NCBI GenBank assembly: GCA_964481125.1
Contig: CAYZSL010000003.1
Coordinates: forward strand, 4,727 to 68,726
Reading direction: 5' to 3'
DNA: 64,000 nt
Origin: an uncultured Candidatus Saccharibacteria bacterium
GTDB taxonomy: Bacteria > Patescibacteriota > Minisyncoccia > Minisyncoccales > RBG-13-42-11
Made by a program: the position numbers and the translations under genes. Shown piece after piece: positions 16,170 through 24,340 of this stretch. The notes below the pieces were generated by a model. It saw only the letters and a program-made list of their open reading frames with translations, ran no database searches and was not told the DNA's origin. How positions within the stretch are numbered: the stretch's first letter is position 1; every line of letters starts with the position of its first letter.

Positions 16170-17305
16170 AAAAAATAACCTTAGCCATTTTATTCTCTAT
16201 AATTGTCTTTATGCCGGTTCTGCCTGTTTTCGGACAAACAGAGAACAAACCGACGCTTTATTTTTTTGGCAGCCCAACCTGCCCTCATTGTATTGCTGAA
16301 AAGGCGTTTTTGGATGGATTAGAGCTAAAATGCACCAATATTGAAATAATCAGATATGACTTTGCTGAAAACCTTGAATTAGTAAAGGAATTATACCAAA
16401 AGTACAATGTTTCCGACCAGGAACAGGGTTTCGTGCCGCTTACTTTTATCGGAGACAGATATTTTATCGGATTCAATGAAAAAATCGGCCAAAACATTGA
16501 AAATTACATTATGGAACTGACCGAAGGAAAAGATATACCGGGACAATGTCCGGCAACAACTTCGGCAAATATAATAGAAATCCCTATTTTGGGAAAAATT
16601 GATATTGGCAACTTTTCTCTACCTGCTCTGGCTGTTATTTTAGGCACTCTTGACGGGTTTAACGTCTGCTCTTTGGGGGCTTTGGTTCTGATTTTAGGAT
16701 TAACCCTTGCTTTAAAATCAAAAAGGAAGATATTGATTTTTGGAGGAATATATATCTTAACTACGATAATTATCTACGGTCTTTTGATTTTCTTATGGAA
16801 TCGGCTTTTCGTTTTTGTCGCTCCCCATATAAAACAAATGGAGATACTGATAGGCCTTCTGGCTTTTGCTGGAGCTGTTTATTTCTTGAAAGAATTCTTT
16901 AAAACGCGCAAAAAGGGAGCTACCTGCCAGTTTGGAGGCATTTCCGATAAGTTTTCCAGAAAGATCCAGGGAATATTCGAAAGCAAAACAAGTATCTTAG
17001 CTTTGGCTGGAGCAGTCCTGCTGTTCAGCGCCATCGTTACTATTGTTGAATTTCCTTGCTCTGCTGTTTTTCCAGCCGTATTTTCAGGCATACTGGCTGA
17101 AGCTAATCTGCCCCTTTATTTGTCTTTGCTGTATATCGGAGTCTATATTCTGTTTTATATGCTGGATGAAATCGCTGTTTTCCTGATCGCTGTTTTCACG
17201 ATGAAAATCTGGATTCTTTCTCCAAGGTTTATTGTAGCGCTTAATCTTTTTGCTTCAATTCTATTATTCTTACTCGCTTTCTATTATTTCGCTGCTATAT
17301 TTTAA
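16166..17305 (+). CDS. exported thioredoxin-fold domain fused to a DsbD/CcdA-like multi-TM thiol-disulfide transporter
   Basis: 379 aa. Signal peptide, CPHC redox motif, then about 6 TM segments with membrane Cys (FNVCSLG, EFPCSAVFP). Confidence 0.5.
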   Translation: MKKITLAILFSIIVFMPVLPVFGQTENKPTLYFFGSPTCPHCIAEKAFLDGLELKCTNIEIIRYDFAENLELVKELYQKYNVSDQEQGFVPLTFIGDRYFIGFNEKIGQNIENYIMELTEGKDIPGQCPATTSANIIEIPILGKIDIGNFSLPALAVILGTLDGFNVCSLGALVLILGLTLALKSKRKILIFGGIYILTTIIIYGLLIFLWNRLFVFVAPHIKQMEILIGLLAFAGAVYFLKEFFKTRKKGATCQFGGISDKFSRKIQGIFESKTSILALAGAVLLFSAIVTIVEFPCSAVFPAVFSGILAEANLPLYLSLLYIGVYILFYMLDEIAVFLIAVFTMKIWILSPRFIVALNLFASILLFLLAFYYFAAIF

Positions 17306-17321
17306 AAAAGAAAGAGGGGTC

Positions 17322-17380
17322 TTGACAAGGTTCTATTATGGGTATATATTCATAATAGAGAACGCCTGGTCGAGTTCTCT
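17322..17380 (+). promoter_or_regulatory. promoter TTGACA-17-TATATT with 8-bp IR CTATTATG/CATAATAG bracketing the -10, plus a leader hairpin
   Basis: TTGACA 17322-17327, TATATT 17345-17350. IR arms at 17333-17340 and 17351-17358. AGAGAAC-N10-GTTCTCT at 17357-17380. Confidence 0.55.
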
Positions 17381-17406
17381 GATACAATCAACTATTATTT
17401 AAAAAT

Positions 17407-17679
17407 ATGCCAAGATTTGACGGAACAGGTCCTGGAGGTTACGGTCCCGGCACAGGCCGGGGAATTGGTCCTTGTGGCGCCGGAACGGGCTTTAGAAGGG
17501 GATCCGGTCGCGGATTAGGAAGAGGTTTCGGACGAAGAGGTTTCTGGGGTTATCAGCCGTATCAGCCTCAAATTACAAAAACAGAAGAAAAAGAAATATT
17601 AGCAGAAGATATGGCAGATTTGAAAGAAGAACTTAAAGCCATTGAAGCTCGTTTAGCCAAACTTAAAGGAAAAAAATAA
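17407..17679 (+). CDS. DUF5320-family protein (Gly-rich N-terminus, coiled-coil C-terminus)
   Basis: 90 aa. MPRFDGTGPGGYGPGTGRG start is typical of DUF5320. Confidence 0.6.
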   Translation: MPRFDGTGPGGYGPGTGRGIGPCGAGTGFRRGSGRGLGRGFGRRGFWGYQPYQPQITKTEEKEILAEDMADLKEELKAIEARLAKLKGKK

Positions 17680-17697
17680 AATTAAATAAAGAATAAA

Positions 17698-18036
17698 ATG
17701 AAAACAGCAATAAGTTCAACCGGAAAAAAACTCACAGATAATGTCAGCGAGGTATTTGCCAGATGCCCTTATTTTATTATTGCAGAAATTGAAAACGGAA
17801 AAATTCAAAAAGTTGAAACGATAGAAAATAAAATCGCAAGCCAGTTGGGCCAGGCGGGAATTGCAGCCGCGCAATTAATAGCAGAAAAAGACGCTAAGGT
17901 CGTAATTACAAAGAATGTCGGACCGAGAGCTCTTGATGTTTTGAATCAATTTAAGGTGGATATTTATATCGGGGACGGCACGATAGAAAAAGTTTTGCAA
18001 GAATTTATTGACGGAAAACTCAAAAAAATGAATTAA
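17698..18036 (+). CDS. NifB/NifX-family (dinitrogenase FeMo-cofactor-binding-like) protein
   Basis: 112 aa. VSEVFARCPYFII and GPRALDVL patterns. Confidence 0.7.
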   Translation: MKTAISSTGKKLTDNVSEVFARCPYFIIAEIENGKIQKVETIENKIASQLGQAGIAAAQLIAEKDAKVVITKNVGPRALDVLNQFKVDIYIGDGTIEKVLQEFIDGKLKKMN

Positions 18037-18037
18037 G

Positions 18038-18199
18038 ATGAAAATTAATTATCTTATTCCGATAGTTACAATTCTTGGATTGATTATATTATTCTTTTTT
18101 CCTGAACCAGAAACTAATTTTTTCGCATACGCCGGAACAGCATTATTTTTTGTGATAGTGATTATTTTTTTAATAATTAGATCTAGGAGAAAAAAATGA
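18038..18199 (+). CDS. small two-TM membrane protein (53 aa; below the ORF-track length cutoff)
   Basis: The ATG at 18038 lies 1 nt after the upstream stop. MKINYLIPIVTILGLIILFFF..ALFFVIVIIFLIIRSRRKK. Its TGA overlaps the next ATG (ATGA at 18196). Confidence 0.4.
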   Translation: MKINYLIPIVTILGLIILFFFPEPETNFFAYAGTALFFVIVIIFLIIRSRRKK

Positions 18200-18555
18200 A
18201 AATAGTAATTCCGACCAATAACAAGAAAGGGCTAGAAGATACGGTAGCCGAGCATTTCGGCCGCTGTTTGACATATACTTTCCTTAATGAAAAAGGCGAA
18301 GTTGTTGAAATTATAGACAACCCCAGCGAACACATGGGCGGTGCGGGTTTACCGCCGGAGTTAATGAAAAAACACGGGGCAGATATTCTATTATGCGGAG
18401 ATCTTGGACCGAGGGCCCTAGCCTTATGCGGTCAGTTGGGAATTGATGTTTATGTTAGCCAAGCGGAGACGGTAAAAGAGATTTTTGATATGTGGAAAAA
18501 TAATAAACTTAAAAAAGCAAGCACGGAAGATGTTTGCGAAGAGCATAAGATATGA
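18196..18555 (+). CDS. NifB/NifX-family protein, second copy
   Basis: 119 aa. VAEHFGRCLTYTF and GPRALALC. SD AGGAGA upstream. Confidence 0.7.
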   Translation: MKIVIPTNNKKGLEDTVAEHFGRCLTYTFLNEKGEVVEIIDNPSEHMGGAGLPPELMKKHGADILLCGDLGPRALALCGQLGIDVYVSQAETVKEIFDMWKNNKLKKASTEDVCEEHKI

Positions 18556-19745
18556 ATCAAAATTGGATTAAAGAAATTCAAGACAGAACTAAAGGGATTC
18601 CGATTAGTAGCGGTCGGTCTAATAAAACTGGCAAAATTAGCTTTGATGATTTAGTTTTTGTTCCAGCCCAATTAGCCAAAAAGCCAGTAGATTATTTTAC
18701 AGAAAAGATTAACTCAAAAACAATTATTGGAAAAAACAGTAAAAAACCGATTGAACTTAATACTCCGATAATAATTGGAGCCATGAGTTTTGGCGCTTTG
18801 TCCAAGGAAGCTAAAATCGCTTTAGCTAAAGCATCTACTATGACAGGCACTATGGAAAATACCGGTGAAGGAGGAATGTTGCCAGAAGAAAGAGAATTTT
18901 CAGAAAAACTCATTATTCAATATTCTACCGGCAGATTCGGAATTACGGAAGAAATTCTTAAAAAAGCAGATGCCATTGAAATTAAAATCGGTCAGGGAGC
19001 AAAACCAGGGCAAGGCGGATTGCTTTCAGGAGAAAAAGTAACAGAGGAAGTCGCTACAGTAAGAAAAATTGAAAAAGGTAAAGATATTCATTCTCCAGCT
19101 TATCACTCAGACATTAAAAACGTTGAAGATTTAAAGAAAAAAATTGATTGGTTGAGAGAAATTACCGGGGGAGTACCCATTATTTTAAAATTAGGAGCAG
19201 GAGACATAGAGGCAGATGTTAAAATCGCAGTAGAAGCTAATCCGGATATTATCGCTATTGATAGTTTAGAAGGAGGAACCGGCGCTGCTCCGGAAGTAAT
19301 GTTAGATGAAGTAGGCATTCCTATTTTAGCAGCCTTAGCAAAAGCCAGAGAAGTTTTAGATAAATTAGGAGCTAAACAGGAATTATGGATAGGGGGAGGC
19401 TTAAATAAGGGCGGAGATTTTGCTAAAGCTTTAGCCCTAGGAGCAGACGCAGTTTTTGTTGCTTTCCCATTATTAATTGCTATGGGTTGTGTTTATTGCC
19501 AGCAATGCTATTTAGGAAAATGTCCAAAGGGAATTGCCACTCAGAATCCGGAATTAAGAAAAAATTTAGATGTTGGAAAGACTTCCCAGAATATCGCCAG
19601 TTTCATTAAAAATTGTACCGAAGAAATAAAAATGGTGGCTGGAGCTTGCGGCGAAGCTGATATTCATAATTTAGATAAGGGTCATTTAAGGGCCTTAAAC
19701 TCAGAGATAGCTCAAATAATTAAAATTAAATTAATTTCGGAATAG
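18552..19745 (+). CDS. FMN-binding glutamate synthase family protein (stand-alone GltB FMN domain)
   Basis: 397 aa. GEGGMLPEE, IKIGQGAKPGQGGLL, EGGTGAAP and Cys cluster CVYCQQCYLGKCPKG. Confidence 0.75.
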   Translation: MNQNWIKEIQDRTKGIPISSGRSNKTGKISFDDLVFVPAQLAKKPVDYFTEKINSKTIIGKNSKKPIELNTPIIIGAMSFGALSKEAKIALAKASTMTGTMENTGEGGMLPEEREFSEKLIIQYSTGRFGITEEILKKADAIEIKIGQGAKPGQGGLLSGEKVTEEVATVRKIEKGKDIHSPAYHSDIKNVEDLKKKIDWLREITGGVPIILKLGAGDIEADVKIAVEANPDIIAIDSLEGGTGAAPEVMLDEVGIPILAALAKAREVLDKLGAKQELWIGGGLNKGGDFAKALALGADAVFVAFPLLIAMGCVYCQQCYLGKCPKGIATQNPELRKNLDVGKTSQNIASFIKNCTEEIKMVAGACGEADIHNLDKGHLRALNSEIAQIIKIKLISE

Positions 19746-19746
19746 T

Positions 19747-19923
19747 ATGGCTTATAAAATAAATAAAGAAAAATGTGTTGGCTGTGGAGCCTGTATGACT
19801 AATTGTCCTGAAGCAATTAAGCTTGGGATAGACGGAAAAGCAGAAATAATAGATCAAGAGAAATTAGCAAAATGTGAAGGAGAAAATGTCTGTCCAATGG
19901 AAGCAATAGAAAAAAACTTCTAA
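19747..19923 (+). CDS. small 4Fe-4S ferredoxin (58 aa; below the ORF-track cutoff)
   Basis: MAYKINKEKCVGCGACMTNCPEAI...CEGENVCPMEAI. The ATG lies 1 nt after the upstream stop. Confidence 0.7.
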   Translation: MAYKINKEKCVGCGACMTNCPEAIKLGIDGKAEIIDQEKLAKCEGENVCPMEAIEKNF

Positions 19924-19936
19924 AGACTAGATAAAT

Positions 19937-20251
19937 ATGATTACTTTGACTGACGAAAATTTTGAAAAGGAAATTGCAAATGCCTCGAAACCGATTTTAG
20001 TTGATTTTTGGGCGCAGTGGTGTTCACCTTGTTTAGTACTCGGACCAATTTTAGAAAAAGTAACTCAAGAGTACGAAGATAAATTGACTTTTGCTAAAGT
20101 TGATTTAGATACCGTTTCTCAAATTCCCCAAAAATACGGGATTGAGCAAATTCCAACTGTAATTTTATTTAAAGAAGGAAAACCGATTAGTAAATTTATC
20201 GGGGTAAAACCAGAAGCTATTATAAAAAATTGGCTAGAGCAAAACTTATAA
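19937..20251 (+). CDS. trxA: thioredoxin with a variant WCSPC active site
   Basis: 104 aa. VDFWAQWCSPC and the typical Trx fold pattern. Confidence 0.85.
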   Translation: MITLTDENFEKEIANASKPILVDFWAQWCSPCLVLGPILEKVTQEYEDKLTFAKVDLDTVSQIPQKYGIEQIPTVILFKEGKPISKFIGVKPEAIIKNWLEQNL

Positions 20252-20256
20252 TAAAT

Positions 20257-20529
20257 ATGGATGATAAGAAAATAGAAAATTTAATAGATAATTATGAAAA
20301 ATATGCTGAGGCTAATGGATTTAAATTAAACCCGGATAAAAAAGCAGTGGAAAGGTTGGTTAATGGTTTATTGGAAAATGAGAAAAAATACAGCGCCAAA
20401 TATTGTCCTTGTCGGAGAGTTACCGGGGACAAAGAAGAAGATAAGTCTAAAATTTGTCCCTGCCAATGGCATCGGGAAGAAATCGAAAAAGACGGCCATT
20501 GTTTTTGCCGTTTATTCATTAAGGCTTAA
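20257..20529 (+). CDS. ferredoxin:thioredoxin reductase catalytic-subunit-like protein
   Basis: ATG at 20257; the track ORF starts at a TTG at 20230. CPC..(16)..CPC..(8)..HCFC Cys pattern of the FTR catalytic subunit. Confidence 0.7.
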   Translation: MDDKKIENLIDNYEKYAEANGFKLNPDKKAVERLVNGLLENEKKYSAKYCPCRRVTGDKEEDKSKICPCQWHREEIEKDGHCFCRLFIKA

Positions 20530-20544
20530 TAAAAAGTTAAGAAT

Positions 20545-21417
20545 ATGAAAATTGCAATAACAGGGGGAAAAGGCGGGGTGGGAAAATCAATGGTGGCGAC
20601 TTCTCTGGCGATTGAATTCGCAAGACGAAATAAAACAATGTTAGTGGATGCAGATGCCGAATGCCCAAATGACCACCTTTTACTTTCCGTAAAAAGAAAA
20701 AAATATATTACTGTTTATCAACCGATTCCAAAATGGGATTTTAAGAAATGCACAAAATGCGGCAAATGCGCTTCTGTTTGCAAACAAAACGCTATTGTTT
20801 TCACCAAGGGCAAATATCCTGCTTTTGTCAAAGATGTTTGTATCGGTTGCAAGGCCTGTATTGTTGCCTGTCCGACTGGCGCAATAACGGAAACTAAAAA
20901 AGAAATCGGCACAATTTATACTGGAAAGAATTATAATGTTAATTTGGTTTCAGGCGAGCTTAAATTGGGAGAACTCGCTTCCGGCGAAGTAGTAGCTGAA
21001 GTAAGAAAATATTCCGATAAGATTAATAAAAAGATGAAAGCCGAAGTAATTGTTATTGATTCCTCGCCGGGAATCGGCTGCCCCGTCATTGCTTCTTTGG
21101 TCGGCACCGATTATATCGTCGGGGTAACCGAGCCGACACCGTCCGCCCTTTTTGATTTAAAAAGGGTTTTATACCTTGCCGATCATTTCAAGATTAAACA
21201 TGGAATTGTTATTAATAAATTCGGTCTCTCAAAAGATTTTTATAAAGAGATAGAAAAATTTGCCAAAAAAAATAATATTCCAATTTTGGGAAAAATCCCT
21301 TACAGAAAAGATTTTGTTGAATCAACGATAAAAATGAAGCCCGTGGTTAAAATAAATCCAAAATATAGAAAATTGTTCAAAGAAATTATCAACGGAATAA
21401 GCGCAAGACTAAAATGA
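20545..21417 (+). CDS. MinD/ParA-type P-loop ATPase with an inserted 2x[4Fe-4S] ferredoxin domain
   Basis: 290 aa. Walker A GGKGGVGKS. CTKCGKCASVC and CIGCKACIVACP. Confidence 0.75.
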   Translation: MKIAITGGKGGVGKSMVATSLAIEFARRNKTMLVDADAECPNDHLLLSVKRKKYITVYQPIPKWDFKKCTKCGKCASVCKQNAIVFTKGKYPAFVKDVCIGCKACIVACPTGAITETKKEIGTIYTGKNYNVNLVSGELKLGELASGEVVAEVRKYSDKINKKMKAEVIVIDSSPGIGCPVIASLVGTDYIVGVTEPTPSALFDLKRVLYLADHFKIKHGIVINKFGLSKDFYKEIEKFAKKNNIPILGKIPYRKDFVESTIKMKPVVKINPKYRKLFKEIINGISARLK

Positions 21418-22463
21418 AAGAAAAAGTTGCTATTATCTCAATACTGACGAATGCGATTTTAGCGGGAGGAAAAATCGCTGTCGGTGTGTTTTCGAGTTCG
21501 GCCGCTATTTTAGCAGAGGGAGTTCATTCTTTTATGGATATTTTCTCCTCGGCCGTTGGTTATATTGGAATCAAAATATCTAAAAAACCAGAAGACCAAA
21601 AACATCCCTATGGCCATTATAAATTTGAGGTTTTAAGCGGCACAATTATTACTATAATTCTTCTGGCAACAGGCTTGGGAATTATTTACGAAGCCTATCA
21701 AAGTTTTCTTGGCCCTGAAAAAATTAAAGTCAGCTATTTAGCTTTCGGAATAATGATATTTTCAGCAGCTGTCAACGAAATAATGGCCAGAGTAAAAATT
21801 CATTATGGCAAAAAAGAGAACTCCATCAGCTTGCTTTCAGACGGATTCCATTCAAGGATTGATGTTTATGCTTCGCTGGCTGTTTTAGCTGGTTTATTTC
21901 TGACAAAATATTGGATTTATACTGATTCCTTGTTAGCTTTTTTGATCGGCGCTTATATCATTAAAAAATCTTTTTCTTTGGGAAAAGAAGCAATTGATTC
22001 TTTGCTTGATGTTTCAGCTGGTGAAGAAATTGAGGAAAAGATAAAAACAATCGCTAAAACACAGAATATTGAAATTTCCTCTTTAAAGACCCAAAAAAAA
22101 GGTTCGGCTGTTACTGCCAATTTGGAAATAAAACTGCCAAGCAATTTAAAAGTAGAAGAAGCAACTAAAATTTCCGACAACTTAAGAGAAAAACTTATAA
22201 AAGCAATAGAAAGTCTTCAGTACGTCGCCATTCAAATCACAAGCCACGAAGTAGAAACGGGATTCTATAAACCAGAATTCGGCAGGAGTTTTGGTTGGCA
22301 AAGAAAAGGCAAATTTAGAGGAAAGATTGAAGAGGCGAAAGGAGAAGGGCCGGGCGGCTATTGTGCCTGCTCGAAATGCGGTTATAAAACCCTTCACGAA
22401 CGCGGCGTCCCTTGTTCGACGCTTGAATGTCCAAAATGTAAAATTAATTTAGTTAGAAAATAA
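21414..22463 (+). CDS. cation diffusion facilitator transporter with a C-terminal Gly-rich + zinc-ribbon extension
   Basis: 349 aa. CDF HxxxD motifs (HSFMD, HSRID). Tail GEGPGGYCACSKCGYKTLHERGVPCSTLECPKCK. Confidence 0.8.
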   Translation: MKEKVAIISILTNAILAGGKIAVGVFSSSAAILAEGVHSFMDIFSSAVGYIGIKISKKPEDQKHPYGHYKFEVLSGTIITIILLATGLGIIYEAYQSFLGPEKIKVSYLAFGIMIFSAAVNEIMARVKIHYGKKENSISLLSDGFHSRIDVYASLAVLAGLFLTKYWIYTDSLLAFLIGAYIIKKSFSLGKEAIDSLLDVSAGEEIEEKIKTIAKTQNIEISSLKTQKKGSAVTANLEIKLPSNLKVEEATKISDNLREKLIKAIESLQYVAIQITSHEVETGFYKPEFGRSFGWQRKGKFRGKIEEAKGEGPGGYCACSKCGYKTLHERGVPCSTLECPKCKINLVRK

Positions 22464-22464
22464 T

Positions 22465-22746
22465 ATGACAAGACCAATAAAACCGAGAAGAGTGTTATTT
22501 AACCCAAATGTGGTCTATTTTAAACCGAGAGCGGTGCCTTTATCTATGCTGGATGAGGTTGATTTGAACATAGACGAACTGGAGGCATTGCGGCTTTGCG
22601 ATTTTAAAAACCTAGACCAAGCTGAAGCGGCAAAAAAAATGAAAATTTCTCAAAGCACTCTTCAACGGACTTTAACATCAGCCCGCCAAAAAATAGCTGA
22701 AGCCCTAATTGAGGGCAAGGCGATAAAGATAATAAAAGAAAAATAA
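22465..22746 (+). CDS. DUF134 (UPF0251) family putative DNA-binding regulator
   Basis: 93 aa. RPIKPRRV..FKPRAVPL start and an HTH (MKISQSTLQRTLTSARQKIAEAL). Confidence 0.7.
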   Translation: MTRPIKPRRVLFNPNVVYFKPRAVPLSMLDEVDLNIDELEALRLCDFKNLDQAEAAKKMKISQSTLQRTLTSARQKIAEALIEGKAIKIIKEK

Positions 22747-22774
22747 AGAAGAGAAAATACTAGAAATGATCAAA

Positions 22775-22808
22775 TAAAAAACGAGGCTCCTAATTAAGTC
22801 TCGTTTTT
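22775..22808. terminator. bidirectional terminator candidate between convergent genes
   Basis: A-run, ACGAG..CTCGT stem, T-run. Confidence 0.5.
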
Positions 22809-22812
22809 AATT

Positions 22813-23376
22813 TTATTCCACCCTTCTAACGTATTCTGCTTTTTCCGTATTGATCTCAACAATATCGCCGGTTTCAACGAAAAGGGGAGCGTTAATTTCA
22901 GCTTCTGTTTCCAATTTTATTATCTTTGTCCCTCCCTGGGCCCTGTCTCCTCTGATTCCCGGCGGAGCTTCAACAACTTTCAATTGGACTTTTATCGGCA
23001 GGGAAATATTGATTATTTTTCCCTTAAATTCCAATCCTTCGACAATCTCGTTCGGTTTTAAAAAAACAGCGCTCTCTCCAACAGCTTCCTCAACCAAGTC
23101 AAAACGCTTGGAAGGGTTTTTTTCGTGGCAGAAGAAAAACTTGCTCTGCTTGTGGTAAACGAATTTCACTTTGATTTTTTCAATTTCCGCTTCTTCAAGT
23201 TCTTCTCCGGCGTGGAAAGTTTTTGAAACTACACTACCGGTAATCAGATTTTTTATCTTTGTCTGGACAACCGAACCTCCTCTGCCTTTAAAAACTAAAG
23301 AAGAATCCAGCACTTCATAGGGCTGGTTGTTTAAAATGAAATCTATCCCTTTTTTTAAATCGTTATGTGAGAGCAT
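22813..23376 (-). CDS. efp: elongation factor P
   Basis: 187 aa with full-length EF-P pattern. The tip loop reads KGRGGS, with Arg where E. coli has Lys34. Confidence 0.9.
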   Translation of the reverse strand: MLSHNDLKKGIDFILNNQPYEVLDSSLVFKGRGGSVVQTKIKNLITGSVVSKTFHAGEELEEAEIEKIKVKFVYHKQSKFFFCHEKNPSKRFDLVEEAVGESAVFLKPNEIVEGLEFKGKIINISLPIKVQLKVVEAPPGIRGDRAQGGTKIIKLETEAEINAPLFVETGDIVEINTEKAEYVRRVE

Positions 23377-23377
23377 G

Positions 23378-24340
23378 TTATTCTAGGATTGAGCCAGCAA
23401 AGTCGGAATAACCTCGTAGAAATTCTTCTGCATTTGATTCTTTTTTACCTTCTATTTGCAGTTTTTCAATAACCAGAAAGTCCTCTTTACACTGCACGCC
23501 GATTTCGTTCTGGGGGACGACTAAAACCTTACCTATATCATATCTCTTTTGCTGGGGTGATTTGTAAACTCTTGTTTTTAAAATCTTTATCTTTACTGTT
23601 TTGCCTTTATTCTGCCAGAAAGTGTGGGTACCTGGCCAAAGAGAGAAAGCTCTTACTTTTCTTTCAATTTCTTTGGCTAATTTGTGCCAATCAACTTTTC
23701 CGTCTTCTTTTTTTAATATTTTAGTGTAGGTTGCTCTTTTCTCGTCTTGAGAATTGGGCTCTATTTCATTATTTATCCATTTTGGAATGATATTCAGTAA
23801 TAATTCTGCCCCTAGGTCAGCTGTTTTTTCAGTTAGTTGCTCTGCTGTTATTTCTTCTGATATAGAAAGCCTAGAAAGGGAAACTATCTTACCTCTATCC
23901 AGTTTTTCATCCATTAGCATTATGGTTACGCCTGTTTCTTCGTCTCCATTCAAGATTGCGTATTGGATAGGGGATGGACCTCGGTATTTTGGCAATAAAG
24001 AAGGATGAACGTTCAGAAAGCCGAAACTTGGAATCTCCAATATGTCCTTTGGAATTAGCTGGCTGTAGGCTGCAACAACTACCAAATCAGGTTTTAAGTT
24101 TTGGATTTCCGATTTAATGTCTTTAATATTTTCTGGCTGAGCTACTGGAATCTCATATTTTTCAGCTGTAATCTTCACTGGCGGGGGAGTAATAGTTTGT
24201 TTTCTGCCGATTGGCTTATCGGGCGAAGCAACAACCAAAACCGGCTTGTATTCGCCTTGACAAAGCTTATCTAAAATAATGGCGCCGAATTCTGGCGTCC
24301 CAATAAATACTATTTTTAGATCTCTTAACATATATATCAC
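23378..24340 (-). CDS. fmt: methionyl-tRNA formyltransferase
   Basis: 320 aa. IVFIGTPEFG, HPSLLPKYRG. GTG start overlaps the upstream stop; alternative ATG at 24331. Confidence 0.9.
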   Translation of the reverse strand: MIYMLRDLKIVFIGTPEFGAIILDKLCQGEYKPVLVVASPDKPIGRKQTITPPPVKITAEKYEIPVAQPENIKDIKSEIQNLKPDLVVVAAYSQLIPKDILEIPSFGFLNVHPSLLPKYRGPSPIQYAILNGDEETGVTIMLMDEKLDRGKIVSLSRLSISEEITAEQLTEKTADLGAELLLNIIPKWINNEIEPNSQDEKRATYTKILKKEDGKVDWHKLAKEIERKVRAFSLWPGTHTFWQNKGKTVKIKILKTRVYKSPQQKRYDIGKVLVVPQNEIGVQCKEDFLVIEKLQIEGKKESNAEEFLRGYSDFAGSILE

